Assembly: GCF_052425735.1 (NCBI RefSeq)
Contig: NC_135758.1
Location: 25,730,001 to 25,794,000, forward strand
Length of the DNA stretch: 64,000 nt
Reading direction: 5' to 3'
Source of the DNA: Oculina patagonica
Lineage: Eukaryota
Part shown: piece after piece, positions 52,579 through 64,000 of the stretch
Layout: the number at the start of each line of letters is the position of its first letter
Numbering within the stretch: the first letter of the stretch is position 1
The notes under the pieces: generated by a model
The model's input: the letters and a program-made list of their open reading frames with translations, nothing else
Database searches by the model: none
Told to the model about the DNA's origin: nothing
Made by a program: the position numbers and the translations under genes

Positions 52579-55500
52579 TTATTTATGTACAAATGAAATA
52601 ATAATGAATTTCACTGAAATTCCCCGTGCAGTTGTCTGGCTAGTTTTGCAATTGGGAGCCGTAGAGATGTTGCCAATCATCTCTCCTTCTTTCACAGTAC
52701 AGACTGGTAATGTTACACACTTCTCCGACTTTCCCCCAGGCATCAAGATAATACTGTTAAAAAGAGGGAGGAAAAAAACAGTTAATTATTTGTATTATTA
52801 TTTATATGAATCCTTTTTACTCATCTTCACTTTCGGACCCCTCCCCAAAAAAATCTTTACCATTATTCCATTACCCTACATTTATAGTGGCCACCCTCAG
52901 GGAAAAGGAGTCAAGTTTTCGCTTAACAGAGATTGGTTTCATATGGTAATGTAGCTTGTCTTATTCTTTTGAACACCACCGTGCTTGGAGGCCTGTGTAT
53001 ACTGCTATGGATATGGCTGAGCATTTTCAATTTTTCGACGTGACACTTTAAAATACCGTATCATTCTGAAATGACACCATTTGAAGTTGAAAACGCTGTA
53101 ATAACTATTGGCGTGGTATCCTTTGTTTATTTCACACTGATTTGTTTCCCATGTTTTGTTTCACTTGTTTCTCTTACCTGGCCTTAATCGTCTGGGGATT
53201 AACTGCAGAGTCTAACTGCAGAAAGATCTTGTCGCCTGCCCTCACTCCTCTCCACCTCGCGTTTCCCGCGCTATAAGGGGAGCTAGCCACAGTAGCGTCC
53301 CCTTGGTCTACCTTCCAGGTGAACGTGTGAACTTTATCCTCCTGGAGATTTCCTTTCTCCAGGACTGCGTTCTGTTTTTGAAAAACAAAATGCCGTTTAA
53401 TTCATTGTTGCTTTTTTTAATCAAACTACAGCTTACTCCCAATAACTCGAACCCTCGCTTAATCGAACCTCGCGCTCGAACCAGAATCGATTACCCCTAG
53501 GTTTTTGTCATACAATTACTCTATTTCCAACCTTGCTAACGCTAACCCTCGCTAACTCGAACCTCCAGCCAACTAGCTCCAATTTTCGTATCCCTTCCGG
53601 TTATTTTTCCATACAACTTTACCCTCGACAGCTCTAACCATGTCTGTTAATGAGTGATATGTCAAAACAAATGGTGTCCTGTATTAAACAACATTGAATT
53701 TATTTTTCAATAAAAACTTACACGAGTCAGAGCCGCGCCCAAAAAGAAAGCGAGAGAATTGGCTAGTGAGATCAGCGCGAGTGCGAAGCGCAGGGGAAGG
53801 GGGCATTCATTCCCCGCAAAAATCTATTGAAAAAAGGGTTGTGTGAATAGTCTATTAATGCCCCTCCAAACACGAACTGTGGCACACTATTAACGTTCTA
53901 GAGACTTCGGATTATATTGTTTTTAAGTGTTTTTTTTTAGAAAAAACATCCTGCAAATCGTAAGCAGAAGTTTCGACGTTATAAGTGTAATAACTACGCA
54001 TCATGTACAGTAAATTGTTTTTGAAGCGTTGCATAATTTTACTTGTACATAAAATCGTACCTGTTGACGCGAATGTATCATATTTCGCAGTCTGTATATT
54101 TCGCCCTCGTACAGAACTGCATGACTGAGGGCGCAAGTGATAATGTGGGTCTCCTCCATGAGTCTTTTAAAAACAAGGTTGCACCCTTTCACACTGCACG
54201 TTATAACTTTCTCCGGGCACATTCCGAGATGTAGCGTAACGTGGCACCTTAGACAAGACAAGAATAGATAATAAGTTTTGTTTGATTTAAATGATGTTTA
54301 AATAGCTAATTTTTTAGTTGTATATTAAGTAATGGAATATGTTCTCCACCATTGCGTTTACCAGGGGAACGTTGGCCTTTACACGTAGATTGACAAGAAA
54401 TATTGAAGATCATATAGCGATTTGCGAAGGCAGATGGAATATAGACTTTTGAAACACAAAGTTTTCAGTATTTTCAACACTTTCCTTTTTTGAAATTTAT
54501 TTGAAACGTAACATTGAGATTTCTCGGATTAAGTCTATTTCTTCTCTTGGTTTGATGCCCGATTACCAACATTTTGCCCTGAAAATTTCGGACCTGGGGG
54601 GTAGGGGTGTTACGACCCCCTCTCTCTCCACCTCATATGCCTCTGCGAGCTAAGGGGTTTCAGGTGCGCTTATAAGCTGTGGGGGCTTAGCGGGGGTGGG
54701 GGGCCTATAATCGGATGTATTTTTTGTTTCCAGGTAGATGGGCCTATAGCCGGGGGGAATTATAAGCGGCAGCGGGGCTTATAACCTGAATTTTACGGTA
54801 TAGCAGTAGAAAGGGAAGTATCAGTATTCTGAAAAGAGCGTTATAAAAAACACCCTTTAACATAGCGATAAAACAGGCCTTAAGCTGACTTCAATTGTTC
54901 CACATTTTGAACAGCCCACATTTATCTTTCAGTCGTAAGTGTACATTTTTTATTAATTTAGAATTTCTACATGGGAGCTACTTGGCTGAGAATGACTCGG
55001 AGGGAAACGGATTGCACTTTTAAAAATCAAGGGCTTCTGAGGGCGCAGGAAAAAAGGAACTATTTTGGAGATCAGCAAAACTAACCTGAACGAAATTTCT
55101 TTGTTGCTATCGGTATGATCGAAACTTCCAGCTAATTGTTGAAAACCCACCAATAAAATCTGAAAGCGTTCTTTTGTTTAGCCGTGTCAATCGGTTTTGA
55201 ACGTTTAAATTGCTGTTTCAGTTTTATTAATAGATTTCAAGCAGTTTGAAGTGAGTAGGAAATTAAAGAAGGTGATCCGATAAGTTAGACTTCATCCACA
55301 TGGGTCTGGATGAGCTAGTTCACCTGTAATATTAAATCTCCGAATGTTTCAGTTCGTAAAGTTGCTGTAAGGGTATGAATACTATGTTCTTCCCCTCGAC
55401 AACCATTATTCGATTTAAGTACTACTTTTAATTAAGGATATTTACTTACCAGAGAAGCTTCTCCCCACAGCCTAGGGGACAGTCCACTTTTGGCCGCCTT

Positions 55501-56730
55501 GGGCAGTGCCGGTTGTGGTTCTCAGCCTCGCTGAGGGTTCCGATCCAATCACATTCCCCTTGAATGCATTTGACCTCTAAACTGCTTGTCATTTTATGCA
55601 AGGTGAAATTAATCCCAAGGTCCGCCATACTGAAGGTCCTTACCCTGCACTCAGGGCATTTCGCATGTGGATTTCCATTTTGCAGTTCATGTGCAAGAAG
55701 GCGCGTGTAGCAGCCGTTACAACCTGAGTGCCCACATGATAGCGTTGTTGGTTTAATCATAATATTTTTGCTGAAAACAAGAATACAATGTTAAGCTGGA
55801 AAATGTGGAATTCTTGTCTCAATGAAGGGGGCCTATCATGCGAAACACCCTCTTCATAGCTGGTATTTATTAGAATTTTTTACATTTTCTAAAAAAAGGC
55901 AGATTCCCCACCCCCTGGACAAAATAATTGGTGAAAATCCCCACCCGGGAGCAATGGAAGGTGGTCAAATGTCCTTCAAACCTTGTTGCAGGGGATCATA
56001 TAAGACCCAAAACTCTCCCTTCGGAACTTCACATACAATCAAAATCCCTACTCTGAGGAATGACCTGACGATGAAATTCCCGTGATTAGCCCCACCCCCC
56101 CCCCCTCCCCCGGCTTAACATTGATAGGTGAATAAGATCGCTAGATATCGAGTTATACTATACAGAATAAAGAGATATAAGCGTCTTTTGAAAGTAAAGG
56201 AAACGTGTAATCCAGGAATTGGGATCACTCGACCTACTCCCCACGTGGTGATTCGGCCGCTGAGTTCCTTGTAGAACTACTGTTCGTGCAATTCCGCAGA
56301 ACAGAAGTTGTCAATCAAACCAAAACAAATCAAGAGTCTTACGCCGGAATTATTAGAAATTTACTTACGCGTCAGTTAGGTTCGTGTTTGATTGATTCGT
56401 CATTAGCCTGCATAACAGGCGGGTTATTTTTTGCGGGGTTATTGTGATGTCAAAAACCTAGCACTTCACGCTTCGACCCTCAAAATAAACCGCCTGTTCT
56501 GCAGGCTATTCGGCATTAACGATCCATCTATGTGTAACTATCGCACTTTTTGTAAGAACTGATTTCGAAAAGCTACGTGCTAACCAAGGAAAATTTTGTT
56601 ATATAGCGAACGGTCGTTGCATTGGCAATGAGCAATAATTTTCAGTCCATATTTCAACTTACCATATACTGCATTCGAGGTTTACATCTACGTCTTTTGT
56701 AAACGCACAATTAAAGACATGGTTATCCAT
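52579..56730 (-). CDS. TRAF-like RING E3 ligase (C3HC4 RING, TRAF-type zinc fingers, shortened MATH-like C-terminus), 314 aa
   Basis: Exons 56730-56663, 55770-55450, 54247-54061, 53371-53178 and 52753-52579 splice in frame to TAA. RING: LECSICKNIMIKPTTLSCGHSGCNGC..CPECR. Zinc fingers: VKCIQGECDWIGTL..H..HC, CPLGC..H..C, CSVKGC..H. MATH start: HTFTWKV..SSPYSAGNARWRG. Confidence 0.85.
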
Positions 56731-56755
56731 TATAATGTTGCAACGGAGGAGCCGT

Positions 56756-56765
56756 TTATATAAAA
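56756..56765. promoter_or_regulatory. Palindromic TATA element in the short divergent intergenic region
   Basis: TTTATATAAA lies about 25 bp upstream of the TRAF-like ATG and reads as a TATA box on both strands. Confidence 0.35.
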
Positions 56766-57328
56766 TGATCCTTAGTACTGTATTTAATATTGACTCTTCA
56801 AAGTTGCACGGACGTGATGTCGATGGCGACTAGACTACAAATATCTTGCCAGTCATCTGTTAATCGTGCCTGGGTTTTTTCCGGCTGTCACCGCAATAAC
56901 AATGGCAGGTTTTGTATTCTTTTAATATGTAACCTTTCCGGTCTTAAATTTCAGAGAAACCAGCTAGATTTGAAAATTTAAAGTTCAGTTGTTGTGCAAT
57001 AGACGCAACTCGTGAAAGTAGTTTTCTCATTTTGTTTTTAGGTTTGACGCAAGCTATTCTAAAATTAAAGTTCACATATAAACAATCCAAGTACACACTT
57101 TGCACAACGCAACGTGGTTCCTTGACGGGGTGCCTTGTTTCGCTAAATGCCTCGCTATTAGCCAGCCACTACCCCCCGAAAATGTCAGTCAGTCAGCCAA
57201 TCATGATCTGCGAAATCGCGTCTGTTTTTTATCACTTGATTCTCCTTTTACAGGACATGTTTTACATGTGCATCGTTCTGGCCTTTTCAAAGCTGTGATC
57301 GTGCGTGGTCCTTCTTCATTTTTTTGTA

Positions 57329-60300
57329 ATGTCAGACACTGGCGAGGAAGGCGATGTCATTGACGTACCCGAACGGGCCAAAAAGATTTCCAAAAAAAAA
57401 TTTATATTTAAACGGCCTTTCGTTTTTTTGCCAAGACGAATGAGTAGCGTGCCTCAAAAAGGAAAACTGAATGACTTGACGAACGCCGGACGTTTAAAAG
57501 AAATTGGCTTCTTTAAACATCACAGCGCAAAGGAAATTGGAAGGCTGCTCCTGGCTACCTTCCCAGCGCTGCTTGGAATTGATTTAAAGAGGTAAGGCAT
57601 GTAGAAAGAAATGCAAATGGTTCTTACATAAGAAATCGCCTGGCGTTTCCAGTATTGTCTTGGACGCATGTGAATTTTTTGGTTTTTTGGAATGGCCAAA
57701 CGTCGGTTTTCGGTATAGCCCTAGTTTTCCGCTGGTTTCTGGTAAACAAGGGAATGAGGTTGGGTGGACTCTTTCACAACGCTCACCCTGCGAGCAGAGT
57801 TACTTTCGATCTTCATAGATCAGTTCTCCCGACTATTAAATCAAGGAAGATCGAAGAATTCGAATCTTCTGCTAGCAAGGTAACAACGCTCCGCGTTTGA
57901 TTCTGCTATAGCTGGAAACCAGCATTTTAAAATATAAATTTCCATACGCGTAGCTTTTTACATTCATGACTATCTTAGCGCTCAAATTCCAGATTCGTGT
58001 GGTTGTTGTGATTTGCTATGTGCGGGCCACCGCTACACGTGCAGTTGTAGAATAATAAGCCAATTTTGCTCTTCAAGCAAAGATACCCATATCTAGATGT
58101 TCGAGCTTTTTATAACGAGGCATAACACAATCACCAAAGGAATTTTGTCATGAAAATGCAGGCTTCAAACTTTTTGCCCCTCCCCTCCCCGACTAGTATC
58201 ATTTGCTTGCTCAATCCAATCCACTCGCAGACAAAAATATGTGCGTGTGGAAAGCCGTGCAAAACAACATGGAGTCGATGTCTTGCAGTGGTTTTATCTT
58301 ATATCCTTTAAAACCTTCGTTTTCTAAATAATTATGCATATGCATTTCATGATAATTTCATGCTAACTTTATTATAACTTTTGATTAGTTTTAAGTTATG
58401 CTGTAAGTTAAATGGACCTTTACAAAAATTAATTAAGTGGTGAAAAATTTGAATTTAACATAGGCTTTATAAGCTTAATGTTAATCTTAAATTTGTGTTA
58501 AGCTTGTGTTAATGTTAAGGCACATCAGGCACATAAGCTTGCTGTCTGTGCAGGACTTCCATGTGAAAAATAACTACCAATAGTATTTTACATCAAACTT
58601 TGATTGTTCGCTTTGTAATTTTTGCAATAAAAAAGGGGGGGGGGGGGGGGCTAAACTGCAGAATACCCTGCAACTAAACCTGTTCCGTGTGGCCACCGAG
58701 AATGGCTACGCGGACCATCCGATCAAACGCTAGTACTGGGAGCGAAAGTAGTACGAATTTGAAAGAATAATTTTCTAACTCGTCAACGTGTTTTTAATCG
58801 CTGACTAACTTTTTGTCGGGTGTATTTCGCAGTGAGTTCCATTTTAGTTTGCTTGCAGTTAGTTTCACTCCGGTTTGCTTGCGGTTAGTTCCACTTCGGT
58901 TTGCTTGCAGTTAGTTCCACTTCGGTTTGCTTGCAGTTAGTTTCACTTCGATTTGCTTGCGGTTAGTTTCACTTCGATTTGCTTGCGGTTAGTTCCACTT
59001 CGGTTTGCTTGCAGTTAGTTCCACTTCGATTTGCTTGCAGTTAGTTTCACTTCGGTTTGCTTGCGGTTAGTTTCACTTCGGTTTGCTTGCAGTTAGTTCC
59101 ACTTCGATTTGCTTGCAGTTAGTTTCACTTCGGTTTGCTTGCGGTTAGTTTCACTTCGGTTTGCTTGCGGTTAGTTTCACTTCGGTTTGCTTGCAGTTAG
59201 TTCCACTTCGATTTGCTTGCAGTTAGTTTCACTTCGGTTTGCTTGCAGTTAGTTTCACTTCGGTTTGCTTGCGGTTAGTTTCACTTCGGTTTGCTTGCGG
59301 TTAGTTCCACTTCGGTTTGCTTGCGGTTAGTTCCACTTCGGTTTGCTTGCGGTTAGTTTCACTTCGGTTTGCTTGCGGTTAGTTTCACTTCGGTTTGCTT
59401 GCGGTTAGTTCCACTTCGGTTTGCTTGCGGTTAGTTCCACTTCGGTTTGCTTGCGGTTAGTTCCACTTCGATTTGCTTGCGGTTAGTTCCACTTCGGTTT
59501 GCTTGCGGTTAGTTCCACTTCGATTTGCTTGCGGTTAGTTCCACTCCAGTTTGCTTGCGGTTAGTTCCACTTCGGTTTGCTTGCGGTTAGTTCCACTTCG
59601 GTTTGCTTGCGGTTAGTTCCACTTCGGTTTGCTTGTGGTTAGTTCCACTTCGGTTTGCTTGCGGTTAGTTCCACTTCGGTTTGCTTGCGGTTAGTTCCAC
59701 TTCGGTTTGCTTGCGGTTAGTTCCACTTCGATTTGCTTGCGGTTAGTTCCACTCCAGTTTGCTTGCGGTTAGTTCCACTTCGGTTTGCTTGCGGTTAGTT
59801 CCACTTCGGTTTGCTTGCGGTTAGTTCCACTTCGGTTTGCTTGCGGTTAGTTCCACTTCGGTTTGCTTGCGGTTAGTTCCACTTCGGTTTGCTTGCGGTT
59901 AGTTCCACTTCGATTTGCTTGCGGTTAGTTCCACTTCGATTTGCTTGCGGTTAGTTCTACTGTTGTTCAGTGCTTGCGGTTAGTTCCACTCCAGTTTGCT
60001 TGCGGTTAGTTCCACTCCAGTTTGCTTGCGGTTAGTTCCACTCCGGTTTGCTTGCGGTTAGTTCCACTCTGGTTTGCTTGCGGTTAGCTCTTATTTGTTT
60101 GTAAGGGAAGCACACTAAAACTAACTAAAGCCGTTTGTTCGACTTTCATTTTATAAGAAACAGGACGAGGTAAGATTTTGACAATTATCGATTCACTGTG
60201 TTATTAACTTTGTAGTTTCTCGTTTTTCTTCACAATTTTGAAACACAAATAGTTTTATTTGCTTGATGGCATAGACAAAAGTTCGTGAGTGAATTTCGAG

Positions 60301-61792
60301 TGTTATATGAATAAATTTCGACTTCGTAGACGCGTAGCCACTTTACGAGTAAACTTGGAGAGCTATGAATAAATTTCGACTGCGTAGACGCGTAGCCATG
60401 CACTTTCCTAGTAAACTTCGAGAGCTATGAATAAATTTCGACTGCGTAGACGCGTAGCCGAGTAGCTGGCTGCACCGTGTAGCTTGGTATGCGGGTTATT
60501 CTGCAGTTGCTCCAAAGGGGGTTACCCTATTTGTCTGTTAAGGAACTGGAAGACCTTTTATATGCCTACAATTTCGTAACTTTATCACCTTTCATAAATG
60601 TTAGTGAGAACCGATTGATTCAAGCTTTGTGAGAGGGAAAAGCAGGAAGCACTCTGTTTCCTCAACGCCACAATTATGCACTTATCATTGCCTTTCCCGG
60701 GGGTTGACCCCGGGGGCACCCCCGGGAACGTGCAGTGAATAGTGCAGTTTTGTCACAAATATTGTCCCGCGGGGTAGGGACGTTTTGTTTTTGAAAGGAA
60801 CGCGCCAGACCCCGGAGATGCACCCCCGGTATTTGTTTGACATCGGTAGCCAGTTCATCACTTTCAAAATCCCGCCAACTTTTTATAGGAAAGGTTAACT
60901 ACCAATTTTTCATGTGTGCATGCTTATATTATTTTGTACAGAAATGTGCAATGAATGGGTGACCTTATCTGAGGATGGGCCCTTAATTATTCTAGGCTAA
61001 GACTTCATTTTGAATATAAATACAGTACTAGGAAAAATGACATATAGAGGCATTGGTTGTCTTACTTTGCAGGATAACCTTCATCAAGAGTAATAACAAA
61101 GGCCATGCAATGGATGACATTAGGCATGGCCTTATGTCTGGCGATGACCTGGTGAAGGAATACTCAACTAACCATGCCAAAACGAATGTTTACTTTGTTT
61201 TGGATGACTTAGCAGGTACTCTAAAAGTCTGTGTTAGACTAGATTCAACTTAAACTTGATTAGGGGACTTTAATCTGAGTCTTGGCATCAATCGCTATTA
61301 TTAAGGAAGGCTATAAGGGTTATACCGGAACTATGTATAATTTTTGAAAATGGATTATGATTGTAACCAATGCAGGTAGAAAAGGTTTTACTAAGGTTAT
61401 ATTAAATATGTATAATGGCTTTTTATTTCCTTTGAAATGTGAAATGAATATTTTATACATTGGGAAATTATTGTGATTTCCATTAAGCAGCAGTGAACCA
61501 TGATTGCCAAAACTTTTTCTTGTATTTAAAAACAAAACTTTCTCTGTCAGTTGTGCAGTGCAATTTCATTTCTCGGGAGTTGACTTGTGGAAAACAATTT
61601 CATTTCCCAGCTGTTATGGGTGATCTATACCACCCCCCTCCCCCCATACCACCCTCTGAATTCAGTGACTTGGGTGATGCATAGTCGAGATGAACCTTTT
61701 CTTCTTTTTAATCACTGATGTAGCGACTTCAACTGACGGGGCACAGTCTACAGTAACTGTAGATGTGAAAACTCCAACTCCCAAGGATGGAA
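57329..61792 (+). CDS. Uncharacterised protein, 5' exons (possible ubiquitin-like/beta-grasp N-terminal domain); 3' end not identified
   Basis: Exons 57329-57591, 61073-61215 and 61724-61792 join in frame with canonical sites: ..RPFVFLPRRMSSVPQKGKLNDLTNAGRLKEIGF..LLLATFPALLGIDLKRITFIKS..SGDDLVKEY..NVYFVLDD, then a Thr/Ser/Pro-rich linker. Confidence 0.7.
58833..60087. repeat. 26-bp minisatellite, about 48 copies
   Basis: Unit TTAGTT(C/T)CACTTCG(G/A)TTTGCTTGC(G/A)G, head to tail with no spacers. Confidence 0.97.
60307..60460. repeat. About 60-bp tandem repeat, 2.6 copies
   Basis: TATGAATAAATTTCGACT.CGTAGACGCGTAGCC occurs three times. Confidence 0.85.
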
Positions 61793-62209
61793 GTAAGTAA
61801 AGCTAAGACACTACCCCATTTTCTTTGAAGCAAGTATGATTTAAATAAGAGATGGATCTTTGATATCACCCTTACAAAATCCAAACATATAAAAATATAT
61901 CTAGTCTGTATGCAAAATATGTCTGTTGTGTATCTTCTACAGAATAGATACATTTTAGATATATCTGAAGTGTACTCCTAAAATTTCAGATGGCAGACTT
62001 TCTGGGATATATACATTTTGAATATATCTCAAATATACCTATGGAATATATCACGGCAAACATGCTGGGAAAGATACATTTTGGATATATTTCAACTATA
62101 CCTGTATAGAACAGGCCTACTTTGGGACCTTTAGTTGCCGTAACTTTGGGCGACTTAAGCAAAATTATTGACAGAAACAACATGGCGACTTTAGGCGACT
62201 AAAGACTTA

Positions 62210-62586
62210 GGGCCTCTTTACATGAAAGCCGAGTTGAGTTTCATCCCGGGGTGAATTTCGTCCCGGGATGAAAAAATTTTCATTTTACATGAGCGTGTTT
62301 ATCCCGGGATGCTGGGACGTAAGTCGTCCCGCCCGAGTTGAATTCATCTCGCCCGTGCTTACATTACTCTATATTTCATCCCGGAAAGACTGTTTACATG
62401 ACGTTTTTCGTCACGTTTCATCACGGGATGACATTTCAACTCGGTATTTCATCCCGGGATGAAATTGTCGCAGGATGAGTTCATCCCGGGACGAAATCAT
62501 GTATCATCATGTAAACAGCAACAAGAAAATGACCAGACACCGAGATGAATTCATTCCGGGACGAAAACTCTCATGTAAAGAGGCCC
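62210..62586. mobile_element. PIF/Harbinger-like MITE
   Basis: Perfect 16-bp TIR GGGCCTCTTTACATGA / TCATGTAAAGAGGCCC, TTA duplication, TCCCGGGA internal repeats. Confidence 0.85.
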
Positions 62587-63807
62587 TTAAGGTGGACTTT
62601 AGATGAACCTAAGCAACTAAAATTAAAATAATTGTAATTTCTACAATTATTGTAGAATGATTACGCCAGCAATATTACAGGTTGAACTCGCTTAGTTTAC
62701 TATTAATGAGTAATGCATACTTTTACATTAGCCCGGGCATTTACATTACATTGGATTTCTGGTAGCATTGGGGTAAAAATGTTTCATGTACCTGTCAATT
62801 TTATTTGTGCTAATAGTATCTTAACAGATCCTTGGGGCATCATTAAGGTAAAATTTTATCCTGGACATACGGTACCATATAAAATGCAACCTTGTGTGAA
62901 GGGACCTTCAGCAAAAATTATAATAAACCTGAGACATAAAAAATGCCATCAAGGGTTCAAGTTGAATCACATAATTATCTATTTTGACTCCAGTAATTTA
63001 TTCAAGCCCAGTGTTTCTGGAATAGTTTTTATTCATTATTTTTCACAGCCATATATGTTGCCATTATTCCTAAAGCATATTAAACCTCAAATAAATGTCT
63101 AAGGGGTTTATTTACAACTACTGTACCTTGGAGCCCGGGGGCTTAATGGATGGAACCCCATATATTATTGCATAATTTAAGGCAATGTAGGGAAACGAAA
63201 GGCGACTTTGTGTGACTTAAGGTTCATTGCACATGCAATTCTTCCGGTTGTCCGAGATGACCAGAAATATTACAGGGCAACCATTTTTTAACAAATTTAA
63301 GAGCCTGGTTTCAGTACTTATTGGACTCAGTATCATTTTATTAAATATTCAATCATCTTTTTCTTAAGAGTTGGAAAGCTTGTTGAACCAGTGATATTGG
63401 GATAGAAATCCAAATTTTAGGACCTTGATAAAGTATCATAAGCTGCTTAACCCTTTAAGCCGCAATATCCACATACAAGTTCTCCTGACTGATCTCCATA
63501 CATTCTCCAGTAGTATTAGCTGAGAGAATTTGTTAAAACATCAAAGCAATTTACCTTTGGTGATGATTCTGTTAATTCTCATAACCTTTTCACAAAAGGG
63601 TTAAAGTTTGTACGACAATGATATGTGATCAATAACAACTGGCCGATCTAGTGCCATAACTATGTACTTGACTACTTGTTGGAAACAAATTGAGAAACAT
63701 CGCAGGCAACAGCCCAGTCAAAGAAAGAAAAAACTATCATTTTTAAAACGGTTCTGTGTTGTCTATGTTGGTAGTATCAACATGATAGTTACCTATATAT
63801 GCTGTGT

Positions 63808-64000
63808 CACACTAGGCCGAAACATGATCAGTCTGATCACGAATGAAACATGTTTCGCTATGAAAAGTGTTCACATCAGGCGGTGCATTGCACGAATCAT
63901 GATCGAAACATGTTTATTCTGAGCATGATCGAAACAAACTCAAGAGGTAGTTTCCATCATGATCAGACGAAACATGTTCAAAATGGTGGAAATGCGGAGA
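63808..64000. mobile_element. Probable left end of another EnSpm-like element running out of the window
   Basis: CACACTAGG start followed by clustered GATC / GAAACATG subterminal-type repeats. Confidence 0.4.

Larger units (their letters stand above)
58654..60508. mobile_element. TIR element carrying the 26-bp minisatellite
   Basis: Inverted ends AACTGCAGAATACCC / GGGTTATTCTGCAGTT; inverted TGGCTACGCG / CGCGTAGCCA subterminal motifs. Confidence 0.55.

Noticed and set aside
58833-60087. CRISPR-like appearance of the 26-bp array (also the 77-bp and 118-bp arrays)
   Set aside because: Units are contiguous with no unique spacers, there are no cas genes, and the context is eukaryotic.

Overview
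AT-rich eukaryotic (animal) genomic DNA with GT-AG introns. Gene types and MITE landscape suggest a scleractinian coral or other anthozoan (inference). Genes were assembled by hand with splice phases checked. (1) The 3' 15 exons of a + strand type I membrane ZP-domain protein: Ig-like, EGF, F5/8C, EGF, ZP, furin site, TM (1434-12918). (2) A tandem pair of small secreted peptide-precursor genes: a 5'-broken copy carrying a complete Ty3/Gypsy LTR element, and an open copy carrying an EnSpm-like element. (3) A 7-finger C2H2 gene. (4) A death-domain TNF receptor. (5) A compact TRAF-like RING/zinc-finger/mini-MATH gene head-to-head with an unknown gene that has a possible ubiquitin-like domain; this pair may be cargo of a large CACTA/EnSpm-type element. 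The window also holds many MITEs (Kolobok-, Harbinger-, hAT-, Tc1/pogo- and Mutator-like) and several tandem repeats, including a 26-bp minisatellite. No rRNA, tRNA or CRISPR was found.
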